64,000 nt of DNA from an uncultured Armatimonadia bacterium (GTDB taxonomy: Bacteria; Armatimonadota; Zipacnadia; CAVVLO01): the NCBI GenBank assembly GCA_963749155.1, contig CAVVLO010000005.1:448001-512000 (forward strand), given 5' to 3'. Below are positions 54,792-64,000 of the stretch, one piece after another (position 1 is the stretch's first letter; every line of letters begins with the position of its first letter). A program made the translations under genes and the position numbers. The notes under the pieces are model-generated. The model made no database searches and had not been told where the DNA came from. It saw only the letters and a program-made list of their open reading frames with translations.

Positions 54792-54823
54792 AAGCTATCA
54801 GGCGATTGTTAGGAGAATGTGAG
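54792..54823 (-). promoter_or_regulatory. Candidate Pho box plus extended -10 upstream of pstB
   Basis: Minus strand reads CTCACA-N5-CTAACA (11-bp period), then 9 nt to TAGCTT, which is preceded by TGn. Confidence 0.5.
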
Positions 54824-54838
54824 CATATTTTACTTTTA

Positions 54839-56656
54839 TCAAAGTATGGGAATCGAATCAAATCGGGCTTTTTGCCAGGCCTCGGGCACACTGGCGCGTT
54901 CCTCGCTTCCCGGCTGGTAACCCAGCAGGCCTTCGGCAACTGCCCAGAGGAAGGTCGGCGCCACCCAGGGAGAAAGCGACATCCCGCGAGATTCCAGCTC
55001 TTCGCCGTGCAGCCACTCGGGGAACTCCCCGGGCACCGTACCCACGAAGCGCTCGGTATCCAGGGCCATATCGGCCACCTGCGAGACCAGCCCGAGCGCG
55101 AAATCGAAGTCCAGCGACGCGAAGGCTTTGGCTGCCCAGAGCATCGGGTTGGGCCAGATGCCTCCGAGCAGGCCCCAGGCTTCGGTGGGATGATATTCTG
55201 GCGAATTGGTCGGTACAGCCCGCAGCCCTGCTGGCCCCTGGAACTCCGGCCCGCGTAGCAGACTCAGGAGCTGGCGCGACCGGGCTTCGTCCGTTACGCC
55301 ACAAAGCACCGGGAAGACCTGATCGATGGTTAGGAGCGCGCGTTCCTTGCCCTCGTAGACATCAAGCAGATACCGGTCGCCCTGCCAAAGCTGGTCGTTG
55401 ATAGCCTTTCGCAGCGCCTGGGCCTCGCGGGCAAGCTCCTGGGAAGAAAGCAAGGCCGCTGCTTGCCCGATCGCCAGGCAGGCCAGGCAGTTGATTTCCA
55501 TAACTTCGCCCGAAATGACGTAATCGGGGATTATATTGCGCCAGCTCGAGATACCCCAGACATTGGTCCCGGCAGGTTTGCCAGTGAGCAGGCCGCGCTC
55601 ACCCCGGAGGCTGAGCAACTGACGGACAGCTTTCTCCACCTCGGGTCGCAGGCTTTCGGCATAGCCGGAATCGCCAGTAACCAGTTCGTGATGACGAATC
55701 GCCCACAGCCAGAGAGGCGTGTTGTCGGCCAGGCGCAGGCCATAATCCTCCCACTCGCCAGAGGTCATATCGATATATTCGACAATCTGGCCGGACGGCT
55801 CCTGATGCTTGCCGAAGACGCGCAAGGCAGCCGCGGAGAACTCCGGCAGCAGCCAGTCGAGACCAGCGGCCATCCAGGCGGTGTCACGCCCCACCACAAA
55901 CACGGTAGGTGGATTGTTGGTCATCCCCCAGCCTTGGGGAAACTCGTGCAGCAGGCGCAGGCAATTGGCTTTGGCCCAGACGCAGGCCCTGGCGATACGC
56001 TCATCGGGGAAGTCCACCGGCACGGTGGTAGTGAGCAGTTTGTTCGTCTGCGCCTCCAGCCCTTCGACCAGGGCGCGCCAGTGCTCCAGACTGCCCGCCA
56101 GTGCTGCTTCCTGGGCTTCGGTGACGGCGGCTACGACCACCCAGGCGCGTTCTCCTACTGGCAGGTGGAACCGGACTTCACCCTCTTCGAAGCCTGCGAA
56201 CCGCTCCGGCAGCGGGATGACGACGACCTTCAGGCGGTCCTTGTCGAAGCCCTGGCCAGGCCCCTCAATTTCGAGGGCCAGCTCAACTGGCGTCTCACCG
56301 GCATTCTGATAAGCCAGCACGAAGCCGCAAAGCCCCTCGAACCAGGCCCCGCGTGGCACGAAGAAAGCCTCTTCCACCACGCCTTCGGCAAGTCGGAGGC
56401 GCCTGAACTCTACAAACAGGTCGAAAGTCCACTCCTCGACCTGCGCGCCCAGAGGCCTCAGCCGACAAGCTTGTTGGCCTTCCGGGCCAGTGACTGGGAA
56501 ACTTCTTACCTCGGGGCTCCACAAGGTGAAACTGCCCTCGATACATTTGGCCGTTGTCTTGGGATTACCGAGAGTGGCCCCCAGGGTGCGCTCAGGTTGC
56601 CTAACGGTAATCGCATAAGGGCCAGGCTCCAGCGGGAAACGCAATAGGTTGAACAT
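54839..56656 (-). CDS. Amylo-alpha-1,6-glucosidase/MGH1-like six-hairpin glycosidase
   Basis: VGRDTAW; DNTPLW…RHHELVTGD; GLRAVP…YHP; GGIWP. No signal peptide. Confidence 0.75.
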   Translation of the reverse strand: MFNLLRFPLEPGPYAITVRQPERTLGATLGNPKTTAKCIEGSFTLWSPEVRSFPVTGPEGQQACRLRPLGAQVEEWTFDLFVEFRRLRLAEGVVEEAFFVPRGAWFEGLCGFVLAYQNAGETPVELALEIEGPGQGFDKDRLKVVVIPLPERFAGFEEGEVRFHLPVGERAWVVVAAVTEAQEAALAGSLEHWRALVEGLEAQTNKLLTTTVPVDFPDERIARACVWAKANCLRLLHEFPQGWGMTNNPPTVFVVGRDTAWMAAGLDWLLPEFSAAALRVFGKHQEPSGQIVEYIDMTSGEWEDYGLRLADNTPLWLWAIRHHELVTGDSGYAESLRPEVEKAVRQLLSLRGERGLLTGKPAGTNVWGISSWRNIIPDYVISGEVMEINCLACLAIGQAAALLSSQELAREAQALRKAINDQLWQGDRYLLDVYEGKERALLTIDQVFPVLCGVTDEARSRQLLSLLRGPEFQGPAGLRAVPTNSPEYHPTEAWGLLGGIWPNPMLWAAKAFASLDFDFALGLVSQVADMALDTERFVGTVPGEFPEWLHGEELESRGMSLSPWVAPTFLWAVAEGLLGYQPGSEERASVPEAWQKARFDSIPIL

Positions 56657-56668
56657 CAGGACTCCTGT

Positions 56669-57145
56669 CTAGCCGGTTGAGTGAGGATGGTCGTGATCAT
56701 GGGGATGGTCGTGTGGGTGGGCGTGCCCGTGCGAGTGAGTCTGATAAGTCAGCGCGGTCACGGCCAGTTTCCCGTTAGTCACCCCGCGCAGAGCCAGTAT
56801 CTGATTGGCCAGCGCCTGCACGTCGGCGGGTTTGCCGCGCAGAATGATGACTTCCAGGCAGTTTATTTCGTCTACATGCACGTGGTTGGTGCAAAGCACA
56901 TTGCGGCCGAAATGATGCTGGATTTCGGTCAGTTGCTCCATCACGCCTGTCACGTGATGATCATAGGTAATCGTCAGCGAGCCGAAAACTTCGCCCTCGC
57001 CGCTTTCCCACTGGTGCTCGATCAGATGACTTCGAAGAATATCGCGCAAGGCCTCGGAGCGGTTGCTGTAGCCTTCCTTCCCGATATGTTCATCCAGGGC
57101 GGTAAGCAAGTCACCGTCCATCGAAACTCCAAATCTCTCGACCAT
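56669..57145 (-). CDS. nikR: Nickel-responsive regulator NikR with His-rich C-terminal tail
   Basis: RHH domain ERFGVSMD…GYSNRSEALRD; YDHH; QH; HVHVDEINCLEVIILRG; tail HSHGHAHPHDHPHDHDHPH. Confidence 0.93.
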   Translation of the reverse strand: MVERFGVSMDGDLLTALDEHIGKEGYSNRSEALRDILRSHLIEHQWESGEGEVFGSLTITYDHHVTGVMEQLTEIQHHFGRNVLCTNHVHVDEINCLEVIILRGKPADVQALANQILALRGVTNGKLAVTALTYQTHSHGHAHPHDHPHDHDHPHSTG

Positions 57146-57252
57146 TGGTCATCCCCCCGAAGGTAAGGCAACACTAATACAATACCAATATAACCGCGTG
57201 GGGGGAAGGAGCGCTGGCCCGCATCTCCAATACTTTAGTCGAGGTGACGTGA

Positions 57253-58179
57253 ATGAAGCAGACTCGCATCGAAGTTTTCGCGCCCAATGAGCAATATCCC
57301 TTCAATGGCATAACAACTCTGGCGCTGGCGCCCTCTGGAGAGTTGCTGCTGGCCTGGTACGCGGGCTCGTGGGAAGGCCACTGGGACAATGTAATCCTGA
57401 TGGCGCGCTCGAGGGATGAAGGCCTTTCCTGGAGCTCGCCCGAGGTCATCCACGACACCCCTGGCAGGCCAGATCGCGATCCGGAAATTGCCTTCATTGG
57501 GAAAACGCTCTATCTCTGGTGCAATTCTTGTATCTTCATCACCCAGACCGCCTCGCTGGATGAGGGCCATACCTGGGGCGAGCCGGTCGAAGTAGGCGGG
57601 TTTGCGGCTGAAAACGTCGCCTCCTGCGAGCCTTTCAGGCTTTCGAGTGGCCGGCTGTGCTTTCCCGCCAGTTACATCCCCGAATACAAGCCAACCACCA
57701 ACTACTATCGGCCGGCGGTGCTGCTCTCGGACGATGAGGCGCGCGTCTGGCGCTGGCACACTATACCGATGCCCGAAGGCGTCGAGGGACTTGAGCCGAC
57801 CGTGGTGGAACTTGGAGACCACAGTCTGCTTGCCCTGATGCGCGCGCCAGGTGGTTGGGCCTATGAATCCTGGTCGTACGATGGAGGCCTTACCTGGAGC
57901 CTGGCGGTAGCCTCTACCTTGCCCAATCCTGGCTCAAATCACGACCTGCTGCGACTGGCGAACGGAGAACTTTCTTACTGGTACAATCCCTCGCCCAAGG
58001 GCCGCACTCCGCTCGCGGTAGCCTTCGGCCGGGACGGGCGAAGCTGGAGCGAGCCGCTGGTGCTGGATGATTCCGAAGGCGAATGCGGTTATCCGACGGC
58101 CTTCGAGGCTTTTGGGAAGCTCTATTGCGCTTACCACTACAAGAAAGAATCCATCCGCCTGGTGATACTGGAGCGGTGA
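57253..58179 (+). CDS. BNR/Asp-box beta-propeller, sialidase-like (BNR_2)
   Basis: Asp boxes SRDEGLSW, SLDEGHTW, SDDEARVW, SYDGGLTW; EPTVVEL; RTPL; GYP. Confidence 0.82.
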   Translation: MKQTRIEVFAPNEQYPFNGITTLALAPSGELLLAWYAGSWEGHWDNVILMARSRDEGLSWSSPEVIHDTPGRPDRDPEIAFIGKTLYLWCNSCIFITQTASLDEGHTWGEPVEVGGFAAENVASCEPFRLSSGRLCFPASYIPEYKPTTNYYRPAVLLSDDEARVWRWHTIPMPEGVEGLEPTVVELGDHSLLALMRAPGGWAYESWSYDGGLTWSLAVASTLPNPGSNHDLLRLANGELSYWYNPSPKGRTPLAVAFGRDGRSWSEPLVLDDSEGECGYPTAFEAFGKLYCAYHYKKESIRLVILER

Positions 58180-58208
58180 CTCGGTCGATAGAGGTAGCGT
58201 GAGGTGCT

Positions 58209-58233
58209 GGGCGGGTCTCAGACCCGCCCCTAC
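58209..58233 (-). repeat. GTAG-type REP-like palindrome
   Basis: Minus strand reads GTAG-GGGCGGGTCT-G-AGACCCGCCC. Only one copy lies in this window. Confidence 0.65.
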
Positions 58234-58262
58234 AGATACCTTCAGCGCCGCAGGCCCGATAA

Positions 58263-58366
58263 GGGGGTGCAGGGGTGACACGCCCCTGCGCCTTTCAGCT
58301 TTAGTCTTTCGCCTTTGCCTTTTGCTTTTTCTTCAAACAGGCGGGCATCAGCCCGCCCTTGCTTTT
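58263..58366. other. Two further intergenic hairpins flanking a pyrimidine-rich (CTTT-rich) tract; likely terminator region
   Basis: GGTGCAGGGGTG-ACA-CGCCCCTGCGCC followed by T-rich DNA, and GGCGGGC-ATCA-GCCCGCC at 58340-58357. Confidence 0.55.
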
Positions 58367-61300
58367 CACCTTACTCGATATTTCGCCACGATCGTGACCT
58401 GCCCGCCTGGCTCGAGGGTCGCTGGATCCAGCTCTACCCATTCCTGCCTGGCATCGAAGCTGGCCCAGGGGATGCCATCCACCGTGACACTTGTCATTAG
58501 GGCCTGCTGGGGATGGCGGAAACGCACCAGAATCTGCTCGGGCAGCTTTCTGTCAGGCAAAGTGATGCTGGCTGTCAGCCTGCCTGAGGCCGCCTCGGAG
58601 TGGTACGCCACACTGGTCGCGCCCCACTTGGTCGTCATTTTAGCCACCGAGGCTACTTCGCCCTCGCGCAGCCAATAGCGGGGCAGGGCTTTGCCGTAAT
58701 AAAGTGTCTCGTCCTGCTCGAAGACCAGCAGATTGAGCAGCCAGTTCAGGCTGTTGGCCTCATCCGAGGGCTTGTAATGACTGCCGCTGGTAAGGCCAAG
58801 CACCGGGAGGGGATGCTCTATCAAGAGGCACTCCTCGGGCCGCCAGCAGCTTGCGAAGGCGTTGAAGAAGCCCCTCAGATAGTGCTTCACCTGGTCTCGC
58901 ATCAGGAAGGGGACGCACCCAGCCAGCAGATTGGGTTGCATCGAGAAGCCTCCCCGGTCGAACCAGTAGTGCTCGAAGGGTTCGATATCGTAGCTCCAGG
59001 GGCTTTCCACGTATTTGGTGTCCTCGTAGTCGCGCAAAATCCATTCGGCCTCGGGGCCATCCACTGGGAAGAGGCCGCTGATGAGCAGGTAGATGGCTCC
59101 TTCGAGCACTTCGCGTATCCATCCGACATCGCGTCCGCGCCTGTAAAGACGCGAGGGGATATGCGGCGCCCAGGAGGCATCGCGCAGCTTCACCACTGGC
59201 GACCTGCGGCGCATCTCGGTGAAGCCTCGGCGCAGGTCTTCGGCATAGGCGTCGGCCTCGCTGACCAGTCTTGCGCCTTCGGGATGGCCGGCGTCTCGCA
59301 AGGCTCGGGCGGCGGTGTCCAGCCCGCGCCAGGTCAGCGAGTTGGTCGAAAGCCAGTAATAGAAATCCGTGACATCTTCCAGGCTGCCGGCAGGCAGAAA
59401 GCCGTATTCCAGCACTGGCTGCCCTGCCTCATCCAGCAATTTCGTGTGCTGGCGCTGGCGGATAATCCAGTCGCAGCCTGCGGTTATTTTGGTAGCATTT
59501 TTGAGCAACCAGTCGGTGTCGCGCGTGAAGAACCAATGCTCGCCCATACACCATAAAGCCCAGCCGTGATGCTGGTTGTAAGCGCCCTGCTCGTAGCCCC
59601 CAGCGCCATAGAACAGCCCTTCGTGGTCGCTGAAGTTGCCAGGCTGAGGCACGGTGCCCTGATATTCAAGCCACACTTCGATGCGCCGCCGAGCCTCCTC
59701 GTGCAGGCCGCGCCGCTCGAGCGAGTTGACTATCATCGTGGCCTCGTTGGTGAAGTTGCCATAAGCTTCGGTGCCCACCACGCAATTGACCAGGTCGCTG
59801 TCGGGCATCCGGTCGTCGCTCAGATAGACGTGCACGAGCTGGGCTTTGTACCAGGTATCCAGCACGGCATCGGGCGTGCGCAGCAGGGCTTGTTTTGCGA
59901 TTTCCTTTGCCCAGTAATCGCGCACCAGGGGAAGCTGACCTCCGAAGGTCATCCGGTCGACAAGCAGGCTTTCGTCGGCTGTAGGTTCGCCGAAGGGAAC
60001 CTTCAACTCCAGCCAGGCGCTCTTGCCGAGGCGCAAGTGAAGCCTCGGCAAGCAGCGCGCCGCCCTCGGTGCGAAACTCCACCCCGTCAGAGGCCGAGAT
60101 TAGCGCTCTAAGCACAGACTTGCCTTCGAACTCGCTCCATAAGGTGCCTTCTTCATACCTAAGGGGCGTAATGCCCTCGGCCGGGTCTTGCCAGCAAGCC
60201 GCCGTATCGCGGAACTGGGCGTTCTCCCTCAGCGATATCGGCAGCCGCACCTTCACCGGGGCCTTGTCAGCCACGAATTCAAACCGCATCAGGGTCACCG
60301 AGAAAGCGTCTCCGGGCAGGTCTGAGCCATCAAAAGGGGCGGTAACGGGCACCGTGAGCGCCGCCTGGGCGACTTCATAACCGTTGCCTCCCCAGCGCGC
60401 CCGATACACGGGCAGCCAGCCCTCTTCGAAGCCGCGCTCGAGCAACTGGTACCGATGCAGCCCGAAGAAGAAGCCAAGCTGGCGACCTTCCCACTTGAGG
60501 CGCGGCGTGTCGCTGGCGGGCACGGCTTTGTTGAACTTTTCGATCACGAACAGGTCGCCGTATTCGTTGAGCGCGTATTTGGCGCGGTTGTGCTTCAATC
60601 CAACGAAACAGTAGGTCGAATCGGGCGGAGTCATCCGCTTCAGGGCGCGGGGGAGAGTCTGCTCCGGCAGCTCTTCGATCCGGTCAACCAGCGAGGCGCC
60701 CGGTTTGCAGGCGGCTTTTGTGCTGGCAAGCGTTGCGGCGGTCTCAGCCCGGGTCACAGCAGCCTCAAAGGCGGGCAGCCACATCCCCTCTTCGGGAACG
60801 GTCAGGGCGTTGAAGGTGAAGGCCTCCTGGCCGACCTTCACAGTCAGCAGAGGTTCATCGTGAGACCAGGGGCTTGGAGGAAGGAAATGCCTGAGAGTCA
60901 CGTCCAGCGCGCCGTCGGTGGCCCAACTGGCTTGTTCTACCTCGCAGTTATAACCTGAAAGCAACTCGTTTGCCGGCTCTCCCTGGGCGCTTTGGGGCAG
61001 CCACAGTCTAAGGCCGAGGCTGGCTTCTGGAAGAGCCAGGCGAGCCGCGACCACTTTTGCCCCCTCAGGGGCTTCCACCTTGAAACCCAGTGTCCGGCGG
61101 AAGGTGGGCGAGTAGCCTTCCGGCCCTTCTGGCAGCTCTTCGGCAAGAGGACCAAAGGTAAGAGAAAGCTTGCCTTCGGAAGGCGAGCAAGTGACCTTTG
61201 CCTCTTGCCACTGGCAGTTGTACCAGTCGTCCTGGGCAAGCCAGCCGAGATCGCCTGTCTGGGCGGCGGCATAGACCTCCCAGCGCAGCTCGGGCCAGCT

Positions 61301-61450
61301 ACTGCGCATATAAAAAACGCGCACCGAGGCGTCGCTTATGCCTTCGGGCAGCTCCAGCACGACTTCGGCCAGGTCGCGAGGTTCTTCGAACCAGTATTCC
61401 AGCGCCTCTTGCTGGCGATGGGCGAAAGGCAAAGCATTGATGGCGGTCAT
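58366..61450 (-). CDS. Large six-hairpin glycosidase-like protein (frameshift ~60030)
   Basis: EEGWLPV; WALWCMGEHWFFTRDTDWL; GFLPAGSLED; C-terminal KALPRYWL…TTKWG. GGAGGAGG RBS. Confidence 0.72.
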
Positions 61451-61605
61451 CTAAGGTTCCTCCTCCGAATTGAGCGAGCCTTTTCGCCGAAACCGGTCGC
61501 CTTCCTGCGCCTTCAGATTTGCCTTTAGTTGCTGAAGGCCCTCGGGCCGGGTTAAAACTAAGGACGGCCTGGTAGAGGTCGAAGGCAGAAGGAGGCCTTG
61601 CGAAG

Positions 61606-62943
61606 ATGGAATCGCCAGCTACGGCGCAACTTTTTGCCGGTAATTCGCCGGGTTTCGCTGGGCCTGATTCAGCGGCCTACTATGCTGCGCTGGGCGCTCC
61701 TTTACCGCTTGTGCCAGGCGCAGATGCCGAACTCTTCCTCGAAGTCGCCCCAGAACTTGCAGCGCGCCAGCCTTCTCTAAGGCTCACCTGGCGCACGCCC
61801 AAAGGCCAGCTTCACAAGCTGGAAGGGGTCAGGCTTTATCCTGGCGATGTCATCGTAGGGCCAGTTGTCGTGCCCGGCGAGTTGGTCCAGTCGGGTATCG
61901 CGACCGCCCTTTGGGAGCTGACCGATGATAGCGGTCAGCAGCTTGCCTCGGGAAAGGTCTACTGCGTGGCCGAACCTGCTGCGACGGTGGCCGACCTGTG
62001 GGGCTATTTCCGCCTGTACGGCAAGGGATTTTTTGCCGATATCGCCCAGGCGACGGGGACAATGGCAGGGCTGTGGGGCAAAGAAGTTGACAACCTTGTA
62101 AACTTTTGGCCTGTCCTGGTGCCTCGCCGCGAGCAACTCGGGCAGGTCTCAATCAGCTATGACCATCCCAGGGACCGAGTGCTCTACACTGAGCATTCGC
62201 ATCTGGCTGACGATACCAGGCTCACGCGCCTTGAAGATGGCCAGGTCACCATAACGTATCAGGAGCAGTCGACCATCGCGGGCGGGCTCAATCTGGTGGG
62301 CGTGACTGAAAGCTGGTGGCTGGCTGACAACGGATTATACTGGGAAGTGTTGCTCTCAAACAGGGCCTCCGAGAAGCTCGCGCTGCGCGAGGTGCGCTTC
62401 GCGACCCCCTTGTGCGGAGATGGCGATAACTGCTCGCCTGAGCCTGTGCTGCATCTCCACGGCCCTTGCACCTGGCTCACCGCGGCCCCTGTGGAAGCTA
62501 ATCGCCCCTTGCTGCTGATTACTGTCACTGAGGGAGAGCTTGTCTCCGCGACTGAAGAGGGTGGACGGCTGGTACTGAAAGGCCTTTCGCACCCCGCCGG
62601 CGCCAAACCCCTGGGCCTGAAGTCCAACGGCCAGCTGCTGTGGCGGTTCTTCCTGAGGCTCGTAGCCACGCCAGCGGAAGCCCTGGACGTGCTGGAAGGG
62701 CTGGGCAGGCTTGCTTTCCTCTCGCCAGGCCCTTTGAAACCAGGGCAAGCGGTTGCTGTCACCGTGCGCGCGGGCAAGCTCAAACTGCGCGGGGCCAGGC
62801 TGGATGGGCGTAAAATAAAGCTTGCTGCCCAGACTGGCGCCTTCGAGCAACCTCTGCCGCCCCTAAAGCCTGGCGCACATCTGTTGGAAGTCGAATTCGA
62901 GAAAAACCTTTGGGCGCCGCTCGAGCTGCTGGTGACCGACTAG
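61606..62943 (+). CDS. Hypothetical protein (beta-rich)
   Basis: 445-aa ORF with genome-typical codon usage and AGGAGG upstream. No motif recognised. Confidence 0.6.
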   Translation: MESPATAQLFAGNSPGFAGPDSAAYYAALGAPLPLVPGADAELFLEVAPELAARQPSLRLTWRTPKGQLHKLEGVRLYPGDVIVGPVVVPGELVQSGIATALWELTDDSGQQLASGKVYCVAEPAATVADLWGYFRLYGKGFFADIAQATGTMAGLWGKEVDNLVNFWPVLVPRREQLGQVSISYDHPRDRVLYTEHSHLADDTRLTRLEDGQVTITYQEQSTIAGGLNLVGVTESWWLADNGLYWEVLLSNRASEKLALREVRFATPLCGDGDNCSPEPVLHLHGPCTWLTAAPVEANRPLLLITVTEGELVSATEEGGRLVLKGLSHPAGAKPLGLKSNGQLLWRFFLRLVATPAEALDVLEGLGRLAFLSPGPLKPGQAVAVTVRAGKLKLRGARLDGRKIKLAAQTGAFEQPLPPLKPGAHLLEVEFEKNLWAPLELLVTD

Positions 62944-62946
62944 GTT

Positions 62947-64000
62947 CTACCTGGCCCAATATGCGACCAGATGGGGATTCAACCGGGCCTCTCCCTGGGC
63001 CTCATAACCGACCTCGGCCGTCCCCATCGTGCGGAAGAACCCAAAACACCAGCGCCCCTGCGCATCGAAACCAGCCGGGCTCTTCGGCGTCTGCCAGCCG
63101 TACCAGCTTGCTACCAGTCCGCGCCCCTGTTCATCACCTGCGAGCAGGGTCTGAGTAAGGGTGACGTCCTCCTCGGCTCGCCAGGTACCTGTGACCTGAA
63201 GCGGCTCCGACCAGCCGGCGCCTGCCTGGATGAGGCGTTGATATTCTCGAGGGCTGCCCGCCTGGATTGTCGTAATCGCGCGCGCAACCTGCCCGGGCGT
63301 ATCGCCTTGCCAGTCCGCTGGCGCGGAGAACTGGTCAAGCTGAGCGGGGGGCATATCGGTCAGCATCGCATAAAGCCGCGGCAGACTTGGCGCGATATGG
63401 GCATCATCGCGATTGGCTTTATACGCTGTCCAGCTTTTGCCCTTGTACCAGTCGAGTTCGCGCTTCGCGTCAGCCCCGAGATAGTCGCGGTGGAAACGCG
63501 CCACATCCTCGCTGTTGAAACGCACATAGCGGTTGTTGAATTGGCGTTCGTCTGTTTCTCTTGGGTAGGTCGGCCCATCGAGCTGCCAGCCTGCGGTGTC
63601 ACCCCAAAGGTTGGTCAGGAAGACTTCCGAGGGAATCACTTCCATCGAGGCATAAGGCTGGCGTTTTACAAAATAGTCAGCGCCGCGCTGCTTCACAAAG
63701 TGGTGGACGAGTTCGCTCGCGAACCAGTAGCAGCCCCAATTGTAGGTCTCCAGGTCGCCGACGCCCCAGGCCAGCCTCGCAAGGGCAAGCGAAGGGGCCG
63801 CTTCATCACCCATTTCGGCGATTGCGTGCCGTCCGACGCTCTTCCAGTCCTGGCTGAACTGGGTCGTGTGGAGCTGCTTTATCAAGTCCCAGCGCTCCCG
63901 GATCAGCTCCCAATCACCGGTATATTGGGCATAACTCCAGATTGTGAACAGGCAGGCTGTTGCCAGCTTGCCGGAGTCGGTGTTCAGATGGACGCCATCC
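62947..64000 (-). CDS. C-terminal part of a six-hairpin glycosidase-like protein (start beyond right edge)
   Basis: Frame is open from 64000: …IWSYAQYTGDWELIRERWDLIK…. Confidence 0.6.
   Translation of the reverse strand, partial: DGVHLNTDSGKLATACLFTIWSYAQYTGDWELIRERWDLIKQLHTTQFSQDWKSVGRHAIAEMGDEAAPSLALARLAWGVGDLETYNWGCYWFASELVHHFVKQRGADYFVKRQPYASMEVIPSEVFLTNLWGDTAGWQLDGPTYPRETDERQFNNRYVRFNSEDVARFHRDYLGADAKRELDWYKGKSWTAYKANRDDAHIAPSLPRLYAMLTDMPPAQLDQFSAPADWQGDTPGQVARAITTIQAGSPREYQRLIQAGAGWSEPLQVTGTWRAEEDVTLTQTLLAGDEQGRGLVASWYGWQTPKSPAGFDAQGRWCFGFFRTMGTAEVGYEAQGEARLNPHLVAYWAR

Noticed and set aside
1350..60031. Programmed ribosomal frameshifting, phase variation or mass pseudogenisation
   Set aside because: There are no slippery heptamers or simple-sequence repeats at the sites and no other decay such as nonsense mutations or truncations. 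The two-synonymous-allele pattern explains most sites.
61498..61597. Possible RBS-sequestering pairing (CCTTCCTGCGCCTTC with GAAGGCAGAAGG) as a riboswitch or leader
   Set aside because: The pairing is imperfect and purine/pyrimidine-biased, it spans a likely promoter, and no known riboswitch core is recognisable.

Overview
GC-rich, gene-dense bacterial chromosomal window dominated by carbohydrate-active enzymes. These include GH20, GH4, GH42-like, GH39/GH5-like, GHL6, a tandem LamG-GH99/WbsX-like-LamG pair, several unclassified six-hairpin glycosidases, DUF4838, a CBM9-like protein, a BNR sialidase-like protein and a beta-helix protein. It also holds four GT-C (GT39/ArnT-like) membrane glycosyltransferases, tRNA-Arg(CCG), an orphan PAS histidine kinase, a GyrI-like fusion, a degenerate-ATPase/PEP-synthase-like protein, copZ, nikR, a pstB-phoU-phosphatase module with a candidate Pho box, a HAAS-like/ceramidase/PadR trio and a GTAG-type REP cluster. 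The gene content is reminiscent of Armatimonadota-like polysaccharide degraders (inference only). About 14 genes are split by about 20 indels. Seventeen of these read as both alleles of a synonymous codon written side by side, which points to a mixed-strain consensus artefact rather than pseudogenes. No CRISPR array, rRNA, integrase or transposase was seen. All family calls come from motif recognition by eye; no searches were run.
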